From: an uncultured virus (IMG/VR IMGVR_UViG_3300021387_000812) | Taxonomy: Duplodnaviria > Heunggongvirae > Uroviricota > Caudoviricetes | IMG/VR virus record: IMGVR_UViG_3300021387_000812 | Direction: 5' to 3' (one strand) | DNA length: 20,000 nucleotides | Part shown: in pieces, positions 7,847 to 15,512 of the stretch | Numbering within the stretch: position 1 is the stretch's first letter | How the letters are laid out: the number at the start of each line of letters is the position of its first letter | The notes under the pieces: model-generated | Databases searched by the model: none | Told to the model about the DNA's origin: nothing | Seen by the model: only the letters and a program-made list of their open reading frames with translations | Made by a program: the position numbers and the translations under genes

Positions 7847-8153
7847 TTTACCAGTGGGAATTTTAGCCTTTTGGATTTTAATCGGTGGTTTTATAGGTGG
7901 CTTTTTACAAATGATGTTTGCATTATTTGATGACGATGAACTGTCATTTAAAACAGCATTTTGGTATGCGATGGTGTTTTATGAAAACAATGAAGACAGA
8001 CTTAATTCCGCTGGATTAACTATAGTTATTGTTGCAATGTCATTATTACTTTTACCGGGTTATGTTTTGATATTTTTCATAACGTGCTTAAATAAAGCGT
8101 TTTGCAAATTGTGGAAAGCATATAAATATGTATTCAGAAAAGAACAGAAATAA
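7839..8153 (+). CDS. Membrane protein (2 TM)
   Basis: Starts in the junction repeat; two long hydrophobic segments and a basic C-terminus. Confidence 0.72.
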   Translation: MDNLPVGILAFWILIGGFIGGFLQMMFALFDDDELSFKTAFWYAMVFYENNEDRLNSAGLTIVIVAMSLLLLPGYVLIFFITCLNKAFCKLWKAYKYVFRKEQK

Positions 8154-8178
8154 TATAAAGAAGTGTGGTAAAAATTTG

Positions 8179-8286
8179 ATGACAAACAGGAGGAAAACCA
8201 ACGTATTACAGTGCTGTTGGTAACTGGTTATGTAAAAAAAGACAGTCGATACATACTGCGGACCGGCGGTGAAGTGGGATGGATAA
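8179..8286 (+). pseudogene. Decayed array-gene remnant
   Basis: Begins like the DREKV module (ATGACAAACAGGAGGAAA) and ends TYCGPAVKWDG* in a well-conserved junction repeat, but has no continuous frame. Confidence 0.5.
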
Positions 8287-8551
8287 ATCAGAAATTATCA
8301 GTAGACTCAAAAAAATAGGCTATCATGCAATCCATATTAACGGTGAAAGCCCGTTTGTTATGAGCCTTGACGATGGAATAGCCGTGAACGAAGCAATTAA
8401 TATGCTGAATGAGCAAGAAGCGGTTGAATGTATAAATGATCATGGAGTTTTGCTGTGCGGAAGGTGTAAAAATATTATTGGCTATGACGATGGCTATGGA
8501 CGCAGCTATAAAAGCAAGTTTTGTTGCGAATGCGGAAGGTCGGTGAAATGA
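8279..8551 (+). CDS. Modular array gene with zinc ribbon
   Basis: MLNEQEAV hinge; CGRC...CCECGRSVK*. Confidence 0.75.
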   Translation: MDKSEIISRLKKIGYHAIHINGESPFVMSLDDGIAVNEAINMLNEQEAVECINDHGVLLCGRCKNIIGYDDGYGRSYKSKFCCECGRSVK

Positions 8552-8553
8552 AA

Positions 8554-8748
8554 ATGGGATTAACAGAAAGTCATTGGTTTGAAGATGAGGAACCCACATT
8601 AACAGAACAACAATTAGAAAATGCGATAGCAGAGAAAGAAAGCGCATATAAACGTGGGTACGAAAAAGGTTTTAATGACGCTATGCTTGGCAAACAAGAA
8701 TTGATGTATGAAGGCATAGACGGAAAATGGCATAAGAAAAATTGGTGA
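8554..8748 (+). CDS. Hypothetical protein (64 aa)
   Basis: Bounded by junction repeats; AYKRGYEKGFNDA motif. Confidence 0.65.
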   Translation: MGLTESHWFEDEEPTLTEQQLENAIAEKESAYKRGYEKGFNDAMLGKQELMYEGIDGKWHKKNW

Positions 8749-8755
8749 AGTGGGA

Positions 8756-9166
8756 ATGAGCAGACAATTTAATACTGATGAGTTGATGGTATTTCCACCA
8801 GATAATGGAGAGCCTATAACGTTGAATGCATTCGAAAGCATCGAATGCGCCATTGAATTCGCTATCGCATTTGATGTGCGAAGTTGGTCTGAAGATTGGA
8901 TAAGCGCATGGATTTACTCCATTGTATTTGGCCGGGATGATGAAGAATGGGATAAAGTGGCGAAGGAGTTCGGCTGGGATGAAGAAGATCGTAAAAGGGT
9001 AAACATGATGCATGAACAATGGATAAAAGCGAAGGAAAAGATGGAACAGTCAAAGATTGTTCGTTGCAGGGATTGCAAATGGTATTCACCGGAAATATCA
9101 TGGTGTAACAATTTTCATTCACCAAAGGAAGAAACATTTTATTGTGCTGATGGGAAAAAGCGGTGA
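8756..9166 (+). CDS. Modular array gene with VRCxDC...FYCADG module
   Basis: IVRCRDCKW...C...FYCADGKKR*; bounded by junction repeats. Confidence 0.75.
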   Translation: MSRQFNTDELMVFPPDNGEPITLNAFESIECAIEFAIAFDVRSWSEDWISAWIYSIVFGRDDEEWDKVAKEFGWDEEDRKRVNMMHEQWIKAKEKMEQSKIVRCRDCKWYSPEISWCNNFHSPKEETFYCADGKKR

Positions 9167-9172
9167 AGTGAA

Positions 9173-9370
9173 ATGAAAATAGAAGAATGGAAAAATAAAA
9201 CTGATGAATGGAAGAACGGTTATTTGGCGTATGTAAATAATTACACTATTGCATATCCAGATGAAATGAGTAAAGATTGGTGGCTCGGCTTTAATTATGC
9301 TTGCAGATATGCAGAGTTAGATAAACAGAATGGTGAATACCCCTTTATATTTTTTGCAAAAAAGCGGTGA
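9173..9370 (+). CDS. Hypothetical protein (65 aa)
   Basis: Bounded by near-identical AAAAAGCGGTGAAGT junctions; internal EWKNGY / DWWLGF repeat. Confidence 0.65.
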   Translation: MKIEEWKNKTDEWKNGYLAYVNNYTIAYPDEMSKDWWLGFNYACRYAELDKQNGEYPFIFFAKKR

Positions 9371-9376
9371 AGTAGA

Positions 9377-9658
9377 ATGATTGAAAAAAATAGTTATGAC
9401 TATATTGCAGATGCGGTTAGAACATATTGGAAGAATACTTTCCCACAAGATGTAGTAGCATTTTTTCGGCAAAAATATAGTTATGATGACGAATGGGAAT
9501 GTCTTGAAGAGGTTATTTTTTGCAAAAGTGATTCTGATTATGAAACAATAAGTTTCTTAAATGATTTTTGCGAAGGACAAACGTGTGTAAAAGACATAAC
9601 AATCGTACCATTATTAGAAATAACTGAATATTACGCAAGAACAAAACTTAATTATTAA
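9377..9658 (+). CDS. Hypothetical protein (93 aa)
   Basis: Bounded by junction repeats; FLNDFCEGQ motif. Confidence 0.7.
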   Translation: MIEKNSYDYIADAVRTYWKNTFPQDVVAFFRQKYSYDDEWECLEEVIFCKSDSDYETISFLNDFCEGQTCVKDITIVPLLEITEYYARTKLNY

Positions 9659-9681
9659 ATAGCAAAAGACGGTTAAGTAAA

Positions 9682-10047
9682 ATGATTGATCTGGAGAAGG
9701 TTATCAAAGGGCTGGATTCTTGTGCAAAATGGATGGGGAAAGACGATAGTGATGCTTGTAATAACTGCCCCTATCATCTTAGTCACTTCAGCTATGATGA
9801 CAATAATTGCATAGCCGCAGTCAACAATGATGCTATTGCCCTGCTGAAAGAGCACGAAGCAAAATGGATCTACGGTGAAGATGAAACAGGTATAGATGGG
9901 TGGCATTGTTCAGAGTGCAACTTTTTTGAGCCGTGGTTTTATGATTTTACTGATGATATTGATTTTATAAGGTTCTACAAACACTGTCCAAATTGCGGAA
10001 GTAGAATGACATCGTACACAGTGAAACCAACACAAGACAGGTGGTAA
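9682..10047 (+). CDS. Modular array gene with two Cys modules
   Basis: MIDLEKVIKGLDSC...CNNCPY...LLKEHEAKW...CSEC...CPNCGSRM. Confidence 0.8.
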   Translation: MIDLEKVIKGLDSCAKWMGKDDSDACNNCPYHLSHFSYDDNNCIAAVNNDAIALLKEHEAKWIYGEDETGIDGWHCSECNFFEPWFYDFTDDIDFIRFYKHCPNCGSRMTSYTVKPTQDRW

Positions 10048-10053
10048 AGTAGG

Positions 10054-10320
10054 ATGATTGACCGGGAAAAGGTCGCCAAAGAACTAGCTGTTAGGATACA
10101 AAGCGACAGCGAAGAATGGAATACGATTGAATTACCAATCGAACAAGCAAAAGATATTCTTGCTCTGCTGAAAGAGCGGGAACCTATAGAGCCCGAAGTA
10201 TTTATGGATGGAATTATAGAACGATATAAATGTAGACGATGCGGAAAACACCTTATCAAAACAAGATTTTGGAAAGACAACTACTGTTCACTATGCGGCG
10301 GTGAGATATTATGGAAATGA
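10054..10320 (+). CDS. Modular array gene with zinc ribbon
   Basis: MIDREKV...LLKEREP...CRRCG...CSLCGGEILWK*. Confidence 0.78.
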   Translation: MIDREKVAKELAVRIQSDSEEWNTIELPIEQAKDILALLKEREPIEPEVFMDGIIERYKCRRCGKHLIKTRFWKDNYCSLCGGEILWK

Positions 10321-10550
10321 TAGATAAAAATAAGATAATTGAAGGGTTGGAATGCTGTTCCACAAAAAATCTATGCGAGCAGTGCCCATACTACGCCGGC
10401 TGGAACGAAGATTGCGTCGGCGCACTGTCGAAAGATGTTCTTAAACTATTAAAACAGCAGGAGCAGAAGCTGGTTTGCCCAAAGTGTAACGGGCAACCAA
10501 AGTGGGTGACATGCGGACTTTGTGGACAGGTGATAAAATGGAATCAATAA
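10317..10550 (+). CDS. Modular array gene with two Cys modules
   Basis: MIDKNKIIEGLECC...CEQCPY...LLKQQEQ...CPKC...CGLCGQVIKWNQ*. Confidence 0.75.
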   Translation: MIDKNKIIEGLECCSTKNLCEQCPYYAGWNEDCVGALSKDVLKLLKQQEQKLVCPKCNGQPKWVTCGLCGQVIKWNQ

Positions 10551-10936
10551 ATAAGATTATTGAAGGGCTTGAACATTGTGAGCTTGGGTCAGGCCAGCCT
10601 TGCTATGAAAAGGATTGCCCATACTATCTTGACCATGATTGTTTAGATTATTTAAAAACTGATATCATTGCGCGGCTAAAAGAACAAGAAGAACGCATCA
10701 GGATTTTAGATAGAGCAATCAAATACATACCGCAACCTACAAAACTACTGGATGTATTTGGGAATGATTATGCAAAGATCGTAAAATGTAAGCATTGTAT
10801 ATACGGAGAAGGACTACCGGATGGACTGTATCAATGTCACTACGACAAGGATTATACCCGCCGCGAACAGAAGCACAGCCCAAGCTGGTTCTGTGCAGAC
10901 GGAAAGAGAAGGGAACAGAATGAGTTGGAGAGATGA
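10538..10936 (+). CDS. Modular array gene with two Cys modules
   Basis: MESINKIIEGLEHC...DCPY...RLKEQEE...IVKCKHC...WFCADGKRRE. Confidence 0.75.
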   Translation: MESINKIIEGLEHCELGSGQPCYEKDCPYYLDHDCLDYLKTDIIARLKEQEERIRILDRAIKYIPQPTKLLDVFGNDYAKIVKCKHCIYGEGLPDGLYQCHYDKDYTRREQKHSPSWFCADGKRREQNELER

Positions 10937-11114
10937 TCCCGTAACTGAAAAGCAATTGGAAATGATTAAGAACATGCATGAGTTCTCTGACTGGCCGTTA
11001 CCTAAGTTCACGGGGCAGACCAAAGGTGAAGCTGCCGACTATATCGATACATGGATTGTAAAGGCACACGAAAGTATTTTGGATTGCTGGGATGTAACGC
11101 AAGGGATTCAGTAA
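10920..11114 (+). CDS. Small helical protein (TEKQL...TKGEAADYI motif)
   Basis: GAAGGGA before ATG 10920; motif typical of short phage helical domains. Confidence 0.65.
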   Translation: MSWRDDPVTEKQLEMIKNMHEFSDWPLPKFTGQTKGEAADYIDTWIVKAHESILDCWDVTQGIQ

Positions 11115-11130
11115 AGGACGGTGAAGTCTG

Positions 11131-11517
11131 ATGGATGAATTAAGACCTTGCCCTTGGTGTAATGAAACATTGCCGCTCGTTATCTTAACAGAACGATGTT
11201 CTTGCGGCAAACACCATTGGGTTTTTGTGAAATGCCATAAATGTGGAGCCAGTGGGCCTACCGTGCCTTATTATAAAGAGACAGACGATTTAAGTATACG
11301 TGAAAAGGCCGCAGCTGGATGGTGGAATAACATGCAGCCAACACAAGCCACGATTAAACCAGTACGAGATAAAGAGACAGGCCGGCTCTGGTTATGCAGC
11401 GATTGCGGCTGTTACATAGGGTTTGAAGACAACGACGAAGACGATCCGAACGAGTTCAGCAACTTCTGTCCGCAATGTGGAAAGATGATAGATTGGAACA
11501 ATCGAGATGGAAATTGA
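11131..11517 (+). CDS. Lar-like zinc finger fused to an array-type zinc ribbon
   Basis: ELRPCPWC...VKCHKCGASGP...AAGWWN, then IKPV...CSDCG...FCPQCGKMIDWN. Confidence 0.75.
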   Translation: MDELRPCPWCNETLPLVILTERCSCGKHHWVFVKCHKCGASGPTVPYYKETDDLSIREKAAAGWWNNMQPTQATIKPVRDKETGRLWLCSDCGCYIGFEDNDEDDPNEFSNFCPQCGKMIDWNNRDGN

Positions 11518-12298
11518 TATTTTCGATAAACGTGGAAATAAAGTTGACACCTTAAACCTATGCGAAGCTTGCAGAGAAGCAACGATGATTGCGAAAAAAT
11601 ATAACGCAACTCACAACAAAACTATCATGAAAGTCGACTTATGCGACGACTGCAAAAAGGAATATGAAAGATATTGTAAAAACAAAGAATTAAAAGGAGA
11701 GAATAAAATGATGAATCTGTTTGGTGGAATGAACAACATGTTTGGCAAGGTAGCTCCTGGAATGTGCCGGGTCTCTATGAGTGGAAAGATTGCGATCAAA
11801 ACCAGCTCCGGATATAAAGCCTACGATGTAAACACCGGCCGGCTAACAAACTGCGACAACTTCGCCTTCGACATCGGCGAAGACTTCTTCTTCGTTATCC
11901 CGACAAACAAAGTCACAAAGGGAGACATCATTCTTGCTGGCGGCAAACCCCGGTGTGTAATCGAAGCCGCAAAGAATGAGATTAAAACCTTTAGTTATGA
12001 AGATGGCACGATTGATACCCTTGTCCCGGAGCGTCATATGTTCATGGGCAAGCAATACTTCTACGGCAAGATTATCTCTGTCTTTGGTAACATGTTCGGC
12101 AAAGGTAAAGGTATGAACAACATGATCAAATACATGATGATGAGTGAGATGCTTGGCGGCAAAACCGGGACTGACAGCAATAACATGCTCCCGATGCTGA
12201 TGATGATGAACGGCGGCGGTGGCATCTTTGATGGAATGTTCGACATGGACGAAGACGAAGATATTGAAGAAGAAGTCAACGATGAGGAGGATGAATAA
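11507..12298 (+). CDS. Hypothetical protein with Met/Gly/Asn-rich C-terminus and acidic tail (probable main start 11708)
   Basis: Single ORF, but a strong AAAGGAGA RBS precedes the in-frame ATG at 11708; stop overlaps the vWA gene start (TAATG). Confidence 0.75.
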   Translation: MEIDIFDKRGNKVDTLNLCEACREATMIAKKYNATHNKTIMKVDLCDDCKKEYERYCKNKELKGENKMMNLFGGMNNMFGKVAPGMCRVSMSGKIAIKTSSGYKAYDVNTGRLTNCDNFAFDIGEDFFFVIPTNKVTKGDIILAGGKPRCVIEAAKNEIKTFSYEDGTIDTLVPERHMFMGKQYFYGKIISVFGNMFGKGKGMNNMIKYMMMSEMLGGKTGTDSNNMLPMLMMMNGGGGIFDGMFDMDEDEDIEEEVNDEEDE

Positions 12299-13176
12299 TG
12301 GGTGGTGGAACGTGGACGACGTCATCGGCAACATCGTATGTAACAACCAAGTACGCCGATCTTAACGTTAGAAGTCTTGACGATCTTATCAATCTTGACA
12401 CTACTCAGATTTATGAGTCAAAGAAACTGGCGCCGGAGTTAAATCCCAAAGGAGTTATCCGGGAATGCCGCGACTCAGAAGAGCACCCGAATACGTTCCC
12501 GGTCATTCTCGCGCTGGATGTGACGGGGAGTATGGGTTTGGCGACAAAGCACTGCGCCGCAAAGCTGGATGATATTATGACGGAGCTTTACGGTAAAGTA
12601 GCAGATATCGAGTTTATGATGATGGGCATCGGCGATTTGGCATATGACAGCGCTCCGATCCAAGCGACACAATTTGAAAGCGATGTCCGTATTATGGATC
12701 AGACCACCAAGATCTGGTTCGAACAGGGCGGCGGTGGGAACCAGTTCGAATCCTACACGGCAGCCTGGTACTTCGGGCTGCATCACACCGATCTGGACTG
12801 CTGGAAGCGGGGAAAGAAGGGGCTCATCATTACAATGGGTGATGAACCTCTGAATCCATATCTCCCTGGGGACCCATTAAACATTGCTCTTGATAAGCAA
12901 AGGAACGTACATTCAGAAGATGTTGGGACGGGCAAGCTTTTCAAAGAAGCATGTGAGAAGTTTGATATTTATCACATTGCAATCACAGACAACGAATCAA
13001 GCTTCTCGCATTATAAGCGCAAGATCCTTGAATCATGGGGAACACTGCTTGGGCAGCATTGTCTGTTTGCGGAGAGTAAAGATTTACCAAAAGTAATCGG
13101 CCAGATCGTAGATGACTGCATTGAAAATAATAAGCAGTTTGTCGCGGCTGACAATAAAGAAGGGATAAGCTGGTAA
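12298..13176 (+). CDS. von Willebrand factor A (vWA) domain protein
   Basis: MGGGTW N-terminus; VILALDVTGSM MIDAS-like motif, GGGGNQFESY, IITMGDE; GAGGAGG RBS. Confidence 0.85.
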   Translation: MGGGTWTTSSATSYVTTKYADLNVRSLDDLINLDTTQIYESKKLAPELNPKGVIRECRDSEEHPNTFPVILALDVTGSMGLATKHCAAKLDDIMTELYGKVADIEFMMMGIGDLAYDSAPIQATQFESDVRIMDQTTKIWFEQGGGGNQFESYTAAWYFGLHHTDLDCWKRGKKGLIITMGDEPLNPYLPGDPLNIALDKQRNVHSEDVGTGKLFKEACEKFDIYHIAITDNESSFSHYKRKILESWGTLLGQHCLFAESKDLPKVIGQIVDDCIENNKQFVAADNKEGISW

Positions 13177-13177
13177 A

Positions 13178-14254
13178 ATGAAAGTTCAGGTTGTTATCGG
13201 AGCTAACTACGGCGACGAAGGGAAAGGTCTGGTATCGGGATGCCTTGCAAGAGAGGCATCCCTTTTGAATGAAAGAACTTTAACAGTATTCTATAACGGC
13301 ACAGCCCAGCGGGCGCACACCTTCGAAGGAGAAGTGCACAGATGTATGGCGGCCGGGAGTAAGTACGGATCAGATACCTTCTATTATGAAACGTTTGTAG
13401 TAGATCCGATATCGCTCCTGATCACCCAAGCCAAACCGATTATTGATCCGCGCTGTAGGGTAATTCTCCCTTGTGATGTTATCGCAAACAGAACAAAGGA
13501 AAGGAAAAGAGGTAAGAACCGGCACGGATCATGTGGGTTTGGTTTGTTTGAAGCCGTCGCGAGATCCAGAATCCCTTCATTTAATCTGCGGATAAAAGAC
13601 TTTTTATACCCAGATGTTAGCAACAAACTATTAAAAATCAAACAATACTACGGCAAATTCGACGATGAGATTTACAATGATGAAATCCTGGAAGCCGCAC
13701 GAAGATATATTGTGAAACATTGCAGAGTGATCCCATTTGAGAATCTTCTGTTAGAAGAGAACTACGACCGCATAATCTTCGAAGGTGGCCAGGGCTTGCT
13801 GCTTGATCAAAGGAACATGCAATACTTCCCGCATCTAACGCCTTCTTGCCCTGGCAGCTTCTTTATCTCTATGGGTATCAATGATCTCCTGAGCAAAGAG
13901 ACACCTGAGTTATTCTACGTCTCCAGGAGCTATATGACGCGGCATGGGGCCGGACCGATGAAAGCAGAGTGCACGAAGCAGGAGATCAATCCAGACATAG
14001 TGGATCTGACTAATGAACCAAATGAGTTTCAAGGGTCTCTGAGGTTTGGAAAGCTGGACGTAGACGCGCTGAATAAAAGAATCCTTGCAGATGCCTCAAT
14101 GTATAAAAATCCAAAGGTCAATCTTGTATTCACGCAGCTAAACTACACAGCCGGCAAACTTGAAACAACGCAAGGCTGCAGAGAGATCTTCGCTCCAGAT
14201 TTTGTAGACAACATTTATGCTTCCGATCAAAAGGATCAGATGACAATTCTGTAA
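13178..14254 (+). CDS. Divergent adenylosuccinate-synthetase (PurA)-like protein
   Basis: P-loop GANYGDEGKG, AHT, IFEGGQGLLLD, YMTRHGAGP and RFGKLD align with PurA motifs; shorter than PurA and lacks the TTTGR aspartate-binding loop. Confidence 0.85.
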   Translation: MKVQVVIGANYGDEGKGLVSGCLAREASLLNERTLTVFYNGTAQRAHTFEGEVHRCMAAGSKYGSDTFYYETFVVDPISLLITQAKPIIDPRCRVILPCDVIANRTKERKRGKNRHGSCGFGLFEAVARSRIPSFNLRIKDFLYPDVSNKLLKIKQYYGKFDDEIYNDEILEAARRYIVKHCRVIPFENLLLEENYDRIIFEGGQGLLLDQRNMQYFPHLTPSCPGSFFISMGINDLLSKETPELFYVSRSYMTRHGAGPMKAECTKQEINPDIVDLTNEPNEFQGSLRFGKLDVDALNKRILADASMYKNPKVNLVFTQLNYTAGKLETTQGCREIFAPDFVDNIYASDQKDQMTIL

Positions 14255-14275
14255 AGTAAAGAAGGTAGACTGGGA

Positions 14276-14494
14276 ATGACCGATATTAATACCGTGCTGA
14301 GTTGGTTGGAAGGTTTGACGCAAGACGACTGGAGAGCATATCATAGCGACAGCGAAGTGCAGAATATCGCGGCGGCCGCAATGGAACTGATCAAAATGCA
14401 GAATATTGCGGCGGCTGCAATGGTGCTGGCCAAACACAAAGTAATGTCACCAAATGACTTTGCAGTTGAAACATCTGAGAATAAACAGGAGTAA
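14276..14494 (+). CDS. Outlying array-type gene with internal tandem duplication
   Basis: Preceded by a junction-like GAAGGTAGACTGGGAATGA; QNIAAAAM occurs twice with a 39-nt period. Confidence 0.65.
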   Translation: MTDINTVLSWLEGLTQDDWRAYHSDSEVQNIAAAAMELIKMQNIAAAAMVLAKHKVMSPNDFAVETSENKQE

Positions 14495-14498
14495 TAAT

Positions 14499-14693
14499 AT
14501 GACACTTAACCAGCTTATCACAATCTTACAACAGATAGCAGATCACGAAGATCCAAATGCAATCCAAATAGCGGGACACCAACTTGCGCTTAACAATTTG
14601 AGCAAGGTCACCAAAGTCAGATATATTAAAGAATTTGACCCGGCCAACAACAAACAAAGTAATACGATATATATGATTGAAGGAGATAAGTAA
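14499..14693 (+). CDS. Hypothetical protein (64 aa)
   Basis: AGGAG RBS; MTLNQLITILQQ N-terminus typical of small phage proteins. Confidence 0.7.
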   Translation: MTLNQLITILQQIADHEDPNAIQIAGHQLALNNLSKVTKVRYIKEFDPANNKQSNTIYMIEGDK

Positions 14694-14748
14694 ACGTCCC
14701 TGCTACGCCACCGATGATAGTACAAGCGCACCACTGCAGGGCTTATTA

Positions 14749-14784
14749 AAGATACGGACCTATCATTTGCCGTGTCTTCTTTTT
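14749..14784 (+). terminator. Intrinsic terminator-like hairpin
   Basis: AAGATACGG (14749-14757) / CCGTGTCTT (14770-14778), one G-U pair, followed by CTTTTT. Confidence 0.6.
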
Positions 14785-14798
14785 AGTTAAGGAGTAAT

Positions 14799-15344
14799 AT
14801 GGAATATATATTACATGCAGACTTTCATACAGATGGAGACTATTCAATCGATAAAAGTGTGTTCAATCGGCTAAGAGAAGAACATGAAGATGAAGTCTTT
14901 TATGATGAAGGTCTGGAAAACTTTTCAATATACATTGAAACAAAAGACTTTTATCTTGTTCGCGACTGCCTGGAAACTATGGCTAAATCTTTTCATGTCA
15001 ATCACTATTGGCTGATTAAAGATCTGTTTAACCTGTGCGACAAAACATTGGAAGCGTTACGTGACAAAGACACATTTGAACACACAGAATATTTAGGCGG
15101 CAACTACGATGGAACGGTCGTCTCTCTTAAGAAGATCGGAAATGAAGTAAAAGTTGCAAAGGAAAAGAATGCTTCTACGATATTGGTGCTTAACAAACTA
15201 CAAAGAGCGTTAATGAAATACTATGAGAGAACCGATGAAGTTGATTACTGTCGCAGTGCTGTTCTTTGTAAAGACGTTGAAGATATTATAGTGAGTGCCG
15301 CTGAAGCAATCGGTAAACTTGGAGTAGTCGAATCTGAAGAATAA
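14799..15344 (+). CDS. Hypothetical protein (181 aa)
   Basis: AAGGAG RBS; acidic ORF with no recognised motif. Confidence 0.75.
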   Translation: MEYILHADFHTDGDYSIDKSVFNRLREEHEDEVFYDEGLENFSIYIETKDFYLVRDCLETMAKSFHVNHYWLIKDLFNLCDKTLEALRDKDTFEHTEYLGGNYDGTVVSLKKIGNEVKVAKEKNASTILVLNKLQRALMKYYERTDEVDYCRSAVLCKDVEDIIVSAAEAIGKLGVVESEE

Positions 15345-15347
15345 TAA

Positions 15348-15500
15348 CATGCGGTGGCGGAATAGACACGGCCGGGCAACCGGAGTAGGCAGGAGAAGTG
15401 AATCCTGTCAGTAGACGCAGGGCGGCCAGGGTCCGGGCAGATGTATGGCTTGGCTTCGCACCAACGGGTCTCTGCAAGGTGGAAATCCTTGCCCGCATGA
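15348..15500 (+). ncRNA. tRNA-like RNA 1 (Leu/Ser-type D arm, T arm, acceptor stem; no anticodon arm)
   Basis: CATGCGG/CCGCATG acceptor-like stem; TGGCGGAATAG...GTAGACGC D arm split by an insert; GCAAGG-TGGAAAT-CCTTGC T arm; fills an intergenic gap. Confidence 0.7.
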
Positions 15501-15512
15501 AAGGAAGTTAAA

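Larger units (their letters stand above)
4890..11134 (+). repeat. Dispersed gene-junction repeat, about 20 copies, consensus GGCGGTGAAGTGGGAATGA
   Basis: Copies start at about 4890, 5161, 5348, 5687, 5950, 6272, 6562, 6879, 7497, 7825, 8265, 8539, 8741, 9159, 9363, 9668, 10040 and 11117, with degenerate ones at 8163, 10297, 10526 and an outlier at 14261. Each ends at the start codon of the next gene. Confidence 0.85.

Noticed and set aside
4890..11134. CRISPR array or classical integron attC sites
   Set aside because: Repeats are degenerate, non-palindromic and separated by whole genes of about 100-600 nt; no cas genes, no attC-type inverted R/L boxes, and the integrase is Tn916-like rather than IntI-like.
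4651..11517. Diversity-generating retroelement as the source of array variation
   Set aside because: No reverse transcriptase in the window and no long near-identical repeat pair differing only at adenines.
13178..14254. PurZ / 2-aminoadenine (Z-genome) pathway
   Set aside because: The P-loop is GDEGKG with Asp rather than the Ser of PurZ, and no dATPase or MazZ-like gene is recognisable in the window.
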